Origin: Octopus vulgaris
Taxonomy: Eukaryota
Assembly (NCBI GenBank): GCA_951406725.2
Contig: OX597828.1
Span: 52,824,001 to 52,888,000, forward strand
DNA length: 64,000 nucleotides
Direction of reading: 5' to 3'
Each line of letters begins with the position of its first letter. The stretch's first letter is position 1. Both the position numbers and the translations under genes were made by a program. This document shows positions 1 through 14,486 of the stretch, piece by piece. The notes beneath the pieces are model-generated. The model was given only the letters and a program-made list of their open reading frames with translations, was not told where the DNA came from and did not search any database.

Positions 1-195
1 TAGCACGCCGGGCGAAATTCTTAGCTGTATTTCGTCTGTCTTTACGTTCTTGTTTCAAATTCCGCCGAGGTCGACTTTGCCCTTCATTCTTTCGGGGTCG
101 ATAATTTAAGTACCAGTTGCATACTGAGGTCGATCTCATCGACTGGCCCCCTCACCAAAAATTTCGGGCCTAGCGCCTAGAGTAGAAAAGAATAT
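1..195 (+). mobile_element. tRNA-derived SINE family A (Nin/Deu-domain-like core), tail variant 1, cut by the window start
   Basis: B-box-like GTTTCAAATTCC, then core CTTTGCCCTTCATTCTTTCGGGGTCGATAATTTAAGTACCAG; more than 15 homologous copies in the window. Confidence 0.85.
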
Positions 196-1158
196 TCTGT
201 AAGCAATTGATGAACACGAATATTAAATACCTTCCAGATCTCTACCAAACCATTTTATAACGTGTTTGCCTGTTGTTAAATACTGAGGAGGAATTAGGGA
301 GTTTATCAATTATGGTCATTGTTGTTTGATCCAAGGTGAGAACAGACCAAGGAATAAATACATTTAACTCATGAACGTCACATCTTTCAAGGGAGGATAA
401 TGCCCAATATATATACTTCCTAAATTCACACAAGTTACGATTTAAGAAAGAGTTTGCTGATATTTTTAGCAAATCGAGTAACCATTCGGCTCTATAGTGT
501 GTAATTGTGTGCACGTTGGCGCATGTGTATGGGGGGGGGTGACCTATGTGTCTGTGTGAGAGAGAATGAGTCCGTGTGTGTGAGTGTAAGTTTGTCCATG
601 TGTGTGTGTATGAGCATTAGAGTATGTGTGTGTGAATGTGTGTGTGTGAGTGTGTCCACATGTGTGCGTGTGAGAGAGAGAGTGTGTGTGTTTTTGCGCG
701 CGCGCGTACTGTGTCTTAGTGGGTTTATACAAAACGCAGAACGGGACGACAACAAAAACAAAAACAAAAAAAGGAAAGAAAAGAAAAGAAAGAAAAGGAA
801 AGAAAGAAAAGGAAACTGCTGAAGAGGAGAGAAAGAAAAGTAAGTTGCTTGTCTGTGTGATTATAATATGATTAAAATGTCTGTTATTTGGTGTGTCTTT
901 GTTTGATGTCTCTGTAATTGATACGATGGAGACAGAGTGTCGACTTTCAAAGAAACACCTTTCAAATAGCCACCGTAAAGTCCGTAGGAAGAAGAAATAC
1001 ACCGGGTCTTGTTGACGGGATATAAACAGTACATGCGACAGATGGTTCATTTATTTTCATTGAGACATTCCCGGACATCTCTCTTTCTCTCTCTTCTTCT
1101 CTTCTTCTCTTTCTCCTTCTTTCTCTTTCCGTTTATCTACATACAGGCATTGATAATA

Positions 1159-1653
1159 TTGGGTTGTCCGGAAAGTTCGTGCCGATTTATAGTAGCTTAC
1201 CTTTCGACTTATTTTAGAACATGTTGAGTCCATAAAAGGGGATTTGACTGCACTTCTATTTAGGGCACAGTTTAAGCTATCTTTTCGTTGAAGAAGGTTT
1301 ATGTTCCTATAACCTGTGTTAATTCTGTAACCCTTTAAAATGGAAGATAAGAAAGTTCAATTTCGGCATTTGATGCTTTTCTTTTTCCGTAAAGGAAAAA
1401 AATGCGTCACAAGCAACCAAAGAAATATGCGCAGTTTACGGTGATGTTTCTTTATCCGAAAGTTACCTTGAAGAATTCTTTGCCATGAAACAACCTCAAT
1501 TCTGGGAAGAGTGTATTTTCATGTCAAAGGAAAGATGGAGACGCATTGTGCAACAAAATGGTTCATATATGGTTGATTAAAAATGTAATAGCAAGTATTA
1601 ATTGACCATTTCCTTTCCTTTAAAAATCGGCAACAACTTTCTGGATAACCCAA
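1159..1653 (+). mobile_element. Internally deleted mariner transposon (mellifera-subfamily-like)
   Basis: TA-flanked TIRs TTGGGTTGTCCGGAAAGTT / AACTTTCTGGATAACCCAA; N-terminal MEDKKVQFRHLMLFFFRKG...ICAVYGD fused to C-terminal LEEFFAMKQPQFWEE...RWRRIVQQNGSYMVD*. Confidence 0.9.
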
Positions 1654-1719
1654 TATATATACACAAGCAGATACGTAGTCTTCCTAATTGACGTTCAAGA
1701 CAGACTAAAGGTTTATTTG

Positions 1720-1950
1720 ATGGAATTATTCAAGCTTTTTCAGGTACAGCAGTACAGGGTCCACGTCTCATACCCATACAATAGGATAGGCACAACTAAA
1801 GCATTGTACATCATCATTTTGGTTTGCATGGTAAGACTACTGCTCCGAAAGACTCTACTGGGGAGCTTCCCAGAGTTGGGTGCTGTTTGGAACTTGCTTT
1901 TTGCATTCTTTGATGACATGCAGTTTTCAGACAGGATGTATGAATGATCA
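1720..1950 (-). mobile_element. RTE-clade LINE remnant (region after the RT domain)
   Basis: Minus-strand translation RVFRSSSLTMQTKMMMYNALVVPILLYGYETWTLY fits the RTE motif TK..Y.A.V.P.LLYG.ETW. Confidence 0.75.
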
Positions 1951-2240
1951 ACTCATTCAAAAGAACTTGCGCTAATGGTCATGTTACAGTAAGCATGAAC
2001 ATCGGTTTCCCCCGTTTGATCCCTTGTTGTTATTAAATTCGATGTACAATTTCTGACGTGGTAGTCGTGCCATTGATGCAAAGAACATTGACTTGCTCAT
2101 TTCAAGTAATGTTTGATGATGAGGGCCTCATTGCTGTTGGCTTTGATCCCTCAAGAGCTACAAGATTGTTGACACAGGCATCCCATTTTATGTTGTTCAC
2201 AATAGATCGATGTTCCATTAAAAATTATATATATATATAT

Positions 2241-2440
2241 AGGGAGAGTTTACGAAAAAAAACAACAAAACAACAACAAAAGACGAAGACAGGTGTTGTA
2301 CAAAACAAAGATGTATTAGTATAACGCTCAGGAATAGAAAAAGTCTTTTACGTTTCGAGCCTACGCTCTTCTACAGAAAGGGACGCAGAAAACAAGGAGA
2401 GAAAAAAATGTGTGTAGTGGCTAACGATCTATCATGGCGT
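2241..2440 (-). mobile_element. Penelope-like non-coding fragment with minimal hammerhead-like motif (2345-2380), between (TA)n tracts
   Basis: Minus strand CTTT-CTGTAGA-A-GAGC-GTAG-GCTC-GAAA-CG-TA-AAAG; homologous copies at 7511-7659 and 8679-8824. Confidence 0.65.
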
Positions 2441-2455
2441 CTATATGTATACATG

Positions 2456-2565
<110 letters not shown>

Positions 2566-2569
2566 TATA

Positions 2570-2895
2570 TGCAATAATTATAACGATACAGAATATAGAG
2601 ACTGGTACATCTTCAAAATTTATCTCTTTTTATTTTACAATGGCGTGCAGCAAATTTTTATGGTTACGACGACCTACATGTGTTCGCCTTTAGTCAAGCT
2701 GGTTGAAATACCCTGAACGAAATTGCACGGCAAATTACGCCCGGTCGCATATGCAAGTGTTCATTTTCTCTGCAGGGGAAACACTGGTAGGTCGTTGTAA
2801 CCATAACAATATCCTGTATGACATTGTAAAAATAAAAGGAGATAAATTTCGAGCATGTACCAGTTCCCATATTCTCTACCGTTACAATTATTGCA
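2570..2895. repeat. Old foldback / palindromic element, diverged arms of ~120 bp
   Basis: 2570-2688 is a diverged reverse complement of 2775-2895 (ACTGGTACATCTTCAAAATTTATCTC vs GAGATAAATTTCGAGCATGTACCAGT). Confidence 0.75.
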
Positions 2896-3209
2896 AATAC
2901 ACACTCCAGATAGTATGACCATCCAGTGAAGCGAATACGGAATTATACATCGGAGGAATTTATGGCGTGAGTAACAACTCCTAGTACTCATAGATGTTTA
3001 CTGCTGTAACCTAGAACATAACTAAGAGCTACCATGGTATCCGCCCGGGTAATATATCTCTTTAAATTCACATTAATATATATATATAGTGCGTGTATGC
3101 GTGTGTGTAAGGTTTTCATCACGATTTCTGTCTATGCTGTGGTTTTTTTAGTTTTCTTAGGAACTTGCGCTTATTGTGATAATAATGATGGCTAGTTGCT
3201 GCAGATATT

Positions 3210-3595
3210 GCTGTTGCTGTTGCTCTTGAGCGAACGGTCTTCGTCCCAGAGCTCGCAAGATGGGAGAAGTCCGAAACGTGGTCCTTTGCTATTCGTAAGA
3301 CCCGCAGAAGAGAAAGCAGGTCAACCCCTGACACCGAGAGCATCGACGGATGGATGAATGCGCATCCAGGCTCAGCGGTTGCGTAGAAAGTCGGGGACAA
3401 GAAACAGGAAGAAAGAGTGAGAGAAAGTTAGGGCGAAAGAGTACAACAGGGGTCGCCACCACCCCCTGCCGGAGCCTCGTGGAGCTTTAGGTGTTTTCGC
3501 TCAATAAACACACACAACGCCCGGTCTTGGAATCGAAGCTGCGATCCTCCGACCGCGAGTCCGCTGCTCTAACCACTGGGCCATTGCGCCTCCAC
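3210..3595 (-). mobile_element. SINE family B (tRNA-Arg-like head GTGGAGGCGCAATGG), tail variant 2
   Basis: A/B boxes in the head; TSD TGCTGCAGA at 3197-3205 and 3596-3604; short (AACAGC)n tail. Confidence 0.85.
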
Positions 3596-4151
3596 TGCTG
3601 CAGACGTTCAAAGTGCTTGCCACTCACACTGACATATTGCCTTTATACGATCATGGAAGTTTGATATTTTCAATATTGTTATTTAAATACCAGATCTACT
3701 TTGACGAGAGTGTCTCCTGATAATCTTTAAAATTTCTGTAAGTATGCTTCTTAGAGAGGAAGACCACCTTGAGAATCAAAATTTATGCAAAATGTCCATA
3801 CTTGATTGTCTGGAGACCAAAGGATAGCTATTGACCCGTGTTTCTGCCTCTAAAGATATCATTAACACAGCAGCTGTCCTACATTATCTCCTGCAGACGG
3901 AATACTTAGTCATATATAAAAGTGTTCTCTTATTCATGTCTACTGTCTTTGGAGGGGGAGATAATTTCAATAAATCAAGAAGCTATCTTGTGTCGTATTT
4001 AATAAATCTTTATTCGCTTTCGTTATTCAAATACACACTACTAACCACTTTGAGTTATTACTCTCAACTCATTTTCGTTTCATTCGTATGTGTGCGTGTG
4101 TGTATTTATGTGTGTGGGCGCGTGCGCTTGTGTGTGCGTATGCGTGTAGAG

Positions 4152-4213
<62 letters not shown>

Positions 4214-4726
4214 GGTGCATATATGCGTGCATGTTCCAATGTGTATATTTATGTGTGTGTAAGTTTTATACTTGAGGAAATGTAACATATTTTACCGACA
4301 TTTAAAAATTTCACTTTCTTCATGTTTATTGCGAAGACAGCAGGAGTGGCAGTGGTAAATGTAGCGGTCGTAGTATCGTGTTCTGATGGTGGTAGTGTTT
4401 GAGGTTACGACGGTTGTGGCAGTGATGGATGTCGATATGGTGCTGGCAATAGTAAAACTTGTTTTGCTATATTGAGATTTCGTGGTAGCTGTGGTAGTGG
4501 AGATGGTGTTGCCGCTGTTCGTTATAGTACTCGTTACAGTGGTTGTGCTGACGATGGAGTTTGTTGTGGTGGTGGTGGTGGTAGTGGTTGATAACTTTCA
4601 AAATAGCAAATATGAGAAGAATGCAAAGTGTTGCATGATTCATAAATTTTTACAGCTAAGTTGTGTGTGTGCGTGTGTGTATTTGTGTGTGCGTCGATGA
4701 GCGTGTATGTATGTGTTTGAATATGT

Positions 4727-4775
<49 letters not shown>

Positions 4776-5318
4776 AAGTGTATGTTGATGTGTTGAGTAG
4801 AGCACTTAAAATTCATAAGAGGAGAGAGAAAGATGGAGGCATATCTTTTTGTTACCTTTTGTATCTGTGTGTGTGTGTGTGTAAGTGAATATAAAATTCT
4901 GTATTATGTGAGTGTATGTGTGTATATGTGTGTGTACGTGTGTGTGTCTGTAAAAATCTGCGTGTCTCTTATTGTGTACAAAAATCTGTGCCTGTATACG
5001 CGTGTATGCAACGACGGTTGTGTGTTTGTTTATGCGTTTGTGGATAAAAGCAGTTACGAAATAAGGGGGAAAAGGCGAATGGAGAGTGGAATATAAACGG
5101 TGAAGGTTTCAATTTTTGACTGAAAGAAGGCAATTGGTGCAATTCAAATATAACAGCAGGGGCCAAGCCAACATTAACAACAAAAATAGGGGCAGAAGCA
5201 GCAGCGGCAGCGGCGGCAGCACTGACAATAACAACACAAAACAATAATGGAAGTAATAAGAATGTGATAAATAACAACAACAACATTACCGTAACACAAA
5301 TATATGAATTATGATTAC

Positions 5319-5691
5319 TGGAAGCACTCCGTCGGTTACGACGACGAGGGTTCCGGTTGATCCGAATCAACGGAACAGCCTGCTCGTGAAATTAACGTGT
5401 AAGTGGCTGAGTACTCCACAGACACGTGCACCCTTAACGTAGTTCTCGGGGATATTCAGCGTGACACAGAGAGTGACAAGGCCGGCCCTTTGAAATACAG
5501 GTACAACAGAAACAGGAAGTAAGAGTGAGAGAAAGTTGTGGTGAAAGAGTACAGCAGGGATCACCACCAGCCCCTGCCGGAGCCTCGTGGAGCTTTAGGT
5601 GTTTTCGCTCAGTAAACACACACAACGCCCGGTCTGGGAATCGAAACCGCGAGTCCGCTGCCCTAACCACTGGGCCATTGCGCCTCCACAC
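5319..5691 (-). mobile_element. SINE family B, near full length, tail variant 1
   Basis: Reverse complement of the copy at 54113-54487; flanked by a 31-bp direct repeat (5286-5316 / 5692-5722). Confidence 0.9.
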
Positions 5692-5740
5692 TTACCGTAA
5701 CACAAATATATGAATAATGATTGCTCATATTATTATCATA

Positions 5741-6203
5741 GGTGCAGGAGTGGCTGTGTGGTAAGTAGCTTGCTTACCAGCCACATAGTTCCGGGTTCAT
5801 TCCCACTGCGTAGCACCTTGGGCAAATGTCTTCTACCATAACCTCGGGTCGACAAAAGCCTTGTGAGTGGATTTGGTTAACGGAAACTGAAAGAAGCCCG
5901 TCGTATATATATATGTGTGTGTATGTGTGTGTGTATGTGTGTGTGTATGTGTGTGTGTGTGTGTGTGTCTGTGTGTGTGTGTGTATGTTATGTGTCTGTG
6001 TTTGTCCCCCAGCATTGCTTGATAACCGATGGTGGTGTGTTTACGTCCCCTTGACTTAGCGGTTCGGCAAAAGAAGCTGATAGGATAAGTACTTGGCTTC
6101 TGAAGAATAAGTCATGGGGTTGATTTGCTCGACTAAAGGCGGTGCTCCAGCATGGCCGCAGTCAAATGACTGAAACAGGTAAAAGAGTAAAAGAATAAAA
6201 GAG
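5741..6203 (+). mobile_element. SINE family C (tRNA head, CORE-like ACCTTGGGCAA segment, internal GT microsatellite, AAAGAGT-type tail)
   Basis: Homologous to 38328-38825, 41805-42202, 42408-42815, 47695-48095 and 49990-50445. Confidence 0.88.
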
Positions 6204-6212
6204 CATAGCCAA

Positions 6213-6519
6213 GGCGGCGAACTGGCAGAATCGTGACCACGCCGGGTAAAATTCTTAGCGATTTTTCATCTGTCTCTACGTTCTGAGTTCAAATTCTGCT
6301 GAGGTCGACTTTGCCTTTCATTCTATCGAGATCGATGAAATGAATGCTAGTTGAGCATTGGAGTCAGTGTAATCGACTTACCCCCCAGCCACGAACTTGC
6401 TGGCAATAATCAATATTATTATCGTTGTTAAGGCGGCAAGCTGGCAGAATCCTTAGCGCGCCTGCTTAGCGGTATTTCGTCTGTCTTTACGCTTTGTTTT
6501 CAAATTCCATCGGAGTCGA
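6213..6519 (+). mobile_element. Two adjacent SINE family A copies (6213-6405; truncated 6432-6519)
   Basis: GGCGGCGAACTGGCAGAATCG head and family A core. Confidence 0.8.
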
Positions 6520-6568
6520 AGAAGAAGAAGATGTCGTAGTAGTAGTAGTAGTTGTGGTGGTGGTGGTG

Positions 6569-6623
<55 letters not shown>

Positions 6624-6745
6624 AAGAAGAAGAAGAAGAAGAAGAAGAAGAGAGGACGACATGAAGAGCGACAACACAGTAGAAGGTAGAGAGGAAGAAG
6701 AAAAGGAAAGTACAGCAGCAACAACTACAACAGCAACAACAAGAT
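6520..6745. repeat. Compound trinucleotide microsatellite (GAA/GTA/GTG)
   Basis: Directly visible. Confidence 0.95.
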
Positions 6746-7107
6746 TTATCTCGTACATATACAAATCATGAATTAATTGGAATGCCAGTACGTGGTCACT
6801 CGCTCTGCTAGAAATGCCCGTCAAATCTCCCTCAGATCACACACAGCCGCCTGAAAAAATGGAGCGACACACTAGATAATGGAGATATAAACGCATTGTG
6901 TCTGTATAACCATAAGATGTGGTGGCCATGGTTGAAACACCGCTGAGTGTGGTATGTTTGATCAGAATTAAATGGTGGGAGTTAAACAACGGTACAGACA
7001 TTTAATATCAAAACTAGTAAATTTTCAAAGAGAAATGAGAAACAGCAAGTAGTAAAACAAGCAAAAGTCAATGAAGGAGCCATTTAAGGAGCTTACAACT
7101 GCTTGAA

Positions 7108-7283
7108 GTGGAGGCACATGGCCAAGTGCTTAGAACAGCGGACTCGCAGTCGAGGGATCGCGGGTTCGAATCTCAGACCGGGTGATGTGTGGGTTTATGA
7201 GCGAAACACCTAAGCTCCAAGCGGATCCGGCAGAAGGTAATGGCGAACTTCTGCTGACTCTTTCGCCACAACTTTCTCTCACT
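7108..7283 (+). mobile_element. SINE family B-related head, 3' truncated
   Basis: GTGGAGGCACATGGCC...GGTTCGAATCTCAGACCGGG; matches the head of 28908-29187. Confidence 0.8.
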
Positions 7284-7344
7284 GGGGAGTCACGTGGTAG
7301 CATGATTGGTAACTTTTGTAATTCTTTCGTACAGTGAATAGATT

Positions 7345-7980
<636 letters not shown>

Positions 7981-8205
7981 GTGTGTGTGTGTGTGTATGA
8001 TTGTGTGTCTGTGTTTGTCCCTCCAACATCGCCTGACAACCGATGCTGGTGTGTTTACATCCCCGTAACTTAGTGGTTAAGCAAAAAGAGACCGATAGAA
8101 TAAGTACTAGGCTTATAAAGTCCTGGGTGTCGATTTGCTCGACTAAAGGCGGTGCACCAGCATGGCCACAGTCAAATGACTGAAAGAAGTAAAAGAGTAA
8201 AAGAG
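7981..8205 (+). mobile_element. SINE family C, 3' half
   Basis: Matches family C sequence downstream of the internal microsatellite. Confidence 0.85.
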
Positions 8206-8424
8206 TACTGTAATAAATATTTCCAGTTTTGACTAATTTCATTTTATTGCCTGTTTTATAAACACATTCTACTGAAAAATAAACGGGCCTACGTGACTAT
8301 ATTTAGGATCCCATCAGCACATCTCGTTAAACAATACTTCCTCTTCGTTATACAATACTAATTTTTAGTTCCATAAATATCTACATGCCTGATAAATGTT
8401 ATGTTTACTTGTTTAAATTCCTAT

Positions 8425-8922
8425 TTGTTAGTGGTATAAATGCCTATTTTAGTGCCTTAATTGCCTACCATACATACCTATTTTTAAGTGCCTTAATGTC
8501 CAGTCCTTTGGCCTACAGTAACGCATTTCTCAACAAAATTTTACAATTATCTTTTCCAGATGTTTAAAATATATATTTCTTTACTACCCACAAGGGGCTA
8601 AACACAGAGGGGACAAACAAGGACAGACAAACGGATTAAGTCGATTATATCGACCCCAGTGCGTAACTGGTACTTAATTTTCTGTGTCCCTTTCTGTAGA
8701 AGAGCGTAGGCTCGAAACGTAAAAGACTTTTTTCTATCCCTGGGCGTTATACTAATACATCTGTTTGTTTTGTACACCACCTGTCTTCGTCTTTTGTTGT
8801 TTTTTTTTGTAAACTCTCCCTATACATATTTATTGTTAGTGGTATAAATGCCTATTTTAGTGCCTTAATTGCTTACCATACATACCTATTTTTAAGTGCC
8901 TTAATGTCCAGTCCTTTGGCCT
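8425..8922. repeat. 90-bp direct repeat (8425-8514 / 8833-8922) bracketing the duplicated composite segment
   Basis: TTGTTAGTGGTATAAATGCC...CAGTCCTTTGGCCT occurs twice, one mismatch seen. Confidence 0.9.
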
Positions 8923-9202
8923 TCATCGGAGCTGACTTGGGTTAAAACGATGACAAAATAAGTTGTAATGACAAAGAAAGCAAGTGCGATGATAAAACTT
9001 AACAGCAGGAGCACTTCAACAAGAGCAGCAGCCGTAACAATACTGTCACCACCACCACCACCACCACCACCACCACCACCACCACCACCACCACTAACGT
9101 CATTGACAATAACAGCAATGATACATTTAGCTATTTTCATGTAAGAATGTGAAGAATTTTTCACTAAGGTTTTTAAATTTACAATATTAAAGCATTTTCT
9201 GA

Positions 9203-9234
<32 letters not shown>

Positions 9235-9394
9235 ATACAGAGATTGCTTTGAGTGCGTATAGAGTGTGTATCAACGCATGACACGATGTGTATGTGTACG
9301 CCTATCTCTTTAAGTATATATGCATTTAATAAGTGTGTGTGTGTGTGTGTGTATAGTATTATGGTTTCTGTAGTGACTGCATGTCGACTGAGTG

Positions 9395-9790
<396 letters not shown>

Positions 9791-9984
9791 CATACATGTT
9801 CATAGTGCTGGTGTTCTTCAAGAGGACACGTGGCCCATGACGTAATTTCCTGTAATTCCTCAAAATATTTGTCGTCTATCAATAAACGTTGCTGTCAAAT
9901 GAGAGAAGGTGTAGTCACATGTTAAGGAAGCACGCTTCATAACCACATAATTTTCAGTTCGATCCCAAAATTCAACATTACGGG

Positions 9985-10190
9985 CGTCTTCCAACCAATG
10001 ATGGAACATCATAGAGTGATCTAACCCATATATTGACTTATGTAAGAACTGCACTAACGTTTTAAACTCAAGATCAAAAATTTTTACGAGATTCATCCAT
10101 CTGGATAAGTTTCTGTTATCGAACTTGGAAGACATCTCTTCACCAGATTAGACGCACAAATTAATGCATTTCAACCGATGCCTCATTTTA
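9985..10190 (-). mobile_element. Possible Ty1/Copia reverse-transcriptase remnant
   Basis: Minus ORF contains LVQFLHKSIYGLDHSMMFHHW, resembling Copia L.KS.YGLKQS.R.W; short and degenerate. Confidence 0.35.
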
Positions 10191-10224
10191 TCTTATTAAA
10201 TTCATCCTATGGTTGCGGAACTGC

Positions 10225-10608
10225 TTTCGGAGGGAAGCGCAATCTTTCAGGAGGATAATGCCCCAATTCACACAGCTAAAGTTGTTACTGAATGGCACCA
10301 GGAGCATTCTAGTAAAGTTGAACATCTTATCTGGCTACCACAACCCGCAGATCTCAAATTTTATTGAGCATTTATGGTGCATTTTAGAACAAAAAGGTGT
10401 CGATATCCTCCACTATCATCACTACAAGAACTGGAAACTGTTTTAGCTGAAGAATGGACAAACAATACTTTTGAAGCAATTGAAACTTTGTACGAGTCCA
10501 TACCTCGTAGAATTCAAGCTGTAATTACTGCCAAAGGCAGTCCTACTCCATATTAAAATAAATTTGTTTGAAATATTAAGGTGTTTCCATTATTTCGTCC
10601 AACCCCTG
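10225..10608 (+). mobile_element. Tc1-like transposase C-terminal remnant with right TIR
   Basis: IFQEDNAPIHTAKVVTEW...LIWLPQPADL, IEHLW and LYESIPRRIQAVITAKGSPTPY* across frameshifts; ends ...CCAACCCCTG. Confidence 0.85.
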
Positions 10609-11452
10609 TGTTTGTATATCTATATATATGTGTGTATGTGTGGGTGTCTGTGTGTGTGTGTACTTACACATACATATATACACATACAAACATATACATA
10701 TATATATAAAGCATGAGAGATATTATATATATATATATACACATATATGGGTGTGTGTTTATGTATGTATGCATGTATGTATGTATGTTTGTACGTATGC
10801 AGTTCTTAATTCACGTAGCAACACAAACGTGCTCACCAAAGATACTCAACAACCAACGCCGTAGAATCGGTAATAGCTGACACCACACCGATTACAACCG
10901 ATTACAACTGCAAGTAAGAAAAATAACGAAATAAACAACTTGCAAAACAGCAGCAGCAGCAGCAACAACAACACCAACAACAACAATAACAAAATCTGAT
11001 GCAAAAGGTCTAAACTCGTTAACAGCCATAGCAGCAGCAATAACTACATGGGTGGTATACCATGTTTTATACCGCATTTCACTAAAAAAATGTTTGCATG
11101 TGCGTATAGTGAGAGGCAGGCGGGGGACGCAAACGGGAATGGAACGGTGCGATATTTCGGGATGGTTCTAATTTATCATATATATATATGATGTGTATGT
11201 ATGTATATGTATCTATATATATATTATGTATTATTGGTGATGGTTAGTGTGACACTTGGATATTTTGAACAAACGAAAAGCAACAAAGAACAGTCACGGA
11301 AGATAACGGTTCGACCTCTGACAACAAATAAGAAGAAAGAAGCGTGCATACCCTCCCTCAGATACGTACATACATACATACATACATACAAACAAACAAA
11401 CAAACATGCATTCATACGTAATACGTACATAAATACATACATACATACATAC

Positions 11453-11518
<66 letters not shown>

Positions 11519-11624
11519 CGTATACATATGTGTGTGTGTGTGTGTGTCACAATATCATAGAACGAAAATAAAATACAACAATTAAACAAAAATAAAATAA
11601 TTACAAACATATCGCAGAAAAATT

Positions 11625-12008
<384 letters not shown>

Positions 12009-12259
12009 GCGTTCGTACTCATAATATTGAGTAGCAACAATGTTAAAAGAAGAAAAAAAAAGGAACTTGAAATATGTGTGTATGAGGAAAAGATTCTATG
12101 CGATGGAGTGCTTTCAAAAGATGGCGAATCTGAATGCGGGGAGAGAAGAAGATGAAGTAGTTGTGCGTGTTTGAAGAAATATGCGAAGGTAAAAACGAAG
12201 AGACGAATAAAGATATTCCATTCTAAAGTTTAATCGACCGGATGTGAAGATAATGTATA

Positions 12260-12318
<59 letters not shown>

Positions 12319-12389
12319 TCTAACAGTATTGAAAAGAAATTTCAAAAGTGAAAATAACAATATAAAAAAGAAAACATTTGACACAGAAT

Positions 12390-12437
<48 letters not shown>

Positions 12438-12941
12438 GCGGGCGCCCATAATTCCAGAATCAGTTATACGTACTTAAATTCATGCTGGCATGTATTCTAT
12501 ATACGTATGTATGTGCATGTGTAATACTTCTGCTATTATTTCAGTCCTAAGCATTTAAGAATGTGTAGCATGCATTTTTTTGGTTACCTTTCCAGTTTTT
12601 TTAATCCTTTATAAATAACGTCAGTGTATTTGCACGCGCGTATATATATACACATACATACTCACATACATACGTGCATATATATATATATATACACATC
12701 GATCGTCAGTAAATCGTAAATCCAAGAGAAGCACAGTCTAAGTAATAGAGCTGTAGAATATTTGGAGAATGTAAGATATGGCCGGCTCAAAGGTTAACCG
12801 AGCGCCTCGCATCTGTAAAGCGCTAAGCTTTACACACGTCTCGTTAGACCCTATTGGCCGATGGCCTTCTCTTCTTTATGGACGCGAAACCCTGGGGAAC
12901 CCTATGATTCGGCCAAACTAACATTGTGTTTTATGCACGTA

Positions 12942-13890
12942 CAGGGTGAGCCCCCAAACAGCAGATCTCACAAACCTTTGAATAAAACTACTAATTTAAA
13001 TTCTTCTTCGTTTCTTTTTCAGCGTATGCAAGTCGACTGTGTGTATGAAAGATTGCAATAATAGTCTACATCAACATGTCTTGGTCAATGAAAGAAAATT
13101 TTGCCTAGAGGCCTATTTCGTCAACAAACCATACACTGACGAAGCGCAGTTTTTGCTGTCAGGATATGTAGACAGCAAAGGTAATGTTTATTGGTGTACA
13201 TTCGTACCGGAGGAAGTGTTTCTGGGGTCGTTACACTCAACAAAGTGCACAGCATGGTTAGCAGTCTCTAAACGTGGCAACATCAACCCATATTGGTTTG
13301 AAGTCGAAAATGAGAGAATGATGAATACGGAGCTCTATGTTGCAGTGATGAGGAAATTTTGGCATAACTGGGACGACGCAGAGGGATAGATCGAGATGAA
13401 CAGTAGTTCCAGCAAGACGGGGCCACTCTACTCCCACCACGCGGCAACTGACTCCCTAGCCTGGCTGAGAGAGCGATTTCAGGAGACACTGCTCATCAGG
13501 GAGTGTGATATTGAGTTGGCACCGCATTCACTGTACTTGAACCCCTCCCTCACTTGATTTTTATCTGTGGGAGCATCTCAAGGATAATGTATACCAGAAC
13601 CACCCGCAAACGATTGGTGAACTGAAGGCAGCATTCACAGCAGAAATCAGGGAAATCTCCAAAGAGGAATGTGTTCGAGTAATTGACAATTTTGCGCGAC
13701 GTATGCAAGTGTCCCTCCAACGCCGTGGAAGTCATTTGGAGAATATTTTGAAAAGAACATGACTTTTATGCAAAGAGAAAGATCGTGCAGAGACCGAAGT
13801 TCAAGTCCAGCAAATTTCTTGAAATTTATTGAAACTCTGTAGGATTTAATAAAAGTTTTATAGGTTCTGGGGTTTGTGGGGAGCACCCTG
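12942..13890 (+). mobile_element. Tc1/mariner element, DD41D (rosa-like), internally deleted, both TIRs present
   Basis: TA-CAGGGTG...CACCCTG-TA ends; TDEAQFLLSGYV, FQQDGAT, DFYLWEHLKDNVYQNHPQTIGELK; about 41 residues between the 2nd and 3rd Asp after manual frameshift correction. Confidence 0.85.
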
Positions 13891-14447
13891 TATATAGATT
13901 TATATAAATGAAAATTTGCTAGTCCTTCATGTCACAGCTTCTCACCATAACTCCTAAGTCTCTTAAGCCTTAAGTTTGTCTCTGTAACCAACTAAATTTT
14001 ATCGCAATAAAATAGAAAGTGTCTGAGAGAAGGATAGAAAGAGGATAAGATTCTGGGAGACGAAACTATCGTCTGGTTTCTTTGCTGTGATGCGATCTTA
14101 CAATGTTTTTCTCCATATAAGGTAACGTTAATAAATGCCGGTTAGTCTCGGAGCTCATGGCACGATTACTAAGCAATATAGTTTCTAATTCAAATAACAA
14201 TAATGTATATGTATATACACATGCATATATATGTATGTGTATAATAATGACTTCCCTGTGCAAATACTAAAAGGGCACAGATAGTGTGTCAATAGCCAGC
14301 TGGAAGATATGTCTTCATGGGGCTACAAGCTACAATAGCATCGACCCTTAATGGTTAGCCACATTTAGGTGTCAAGTATATTTCAAGATGTCGTGCTGCT
14401 ACTGTTTACATCTCGCTCAGAGATTTATATATACATATATATACACA

Positions 14448-14485
<38 letters not shown>

Positions 14486-14486
<1 letters not shown>

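Noticed and set aside
3255-3295. Hammerhead in the SINE B tail 2 region (GGA-GAAG-TCC-GAAACGTGGTC)
   Set aside because: No CUGANGA box upstream of the putative stem II
12775-12920. GC-rich structured segment with TTGGCCGA/TCGGCCAA and GCGAAAC
   Set aside because: No recognisable ribozyme core and single copy in the window; cannot be assigned
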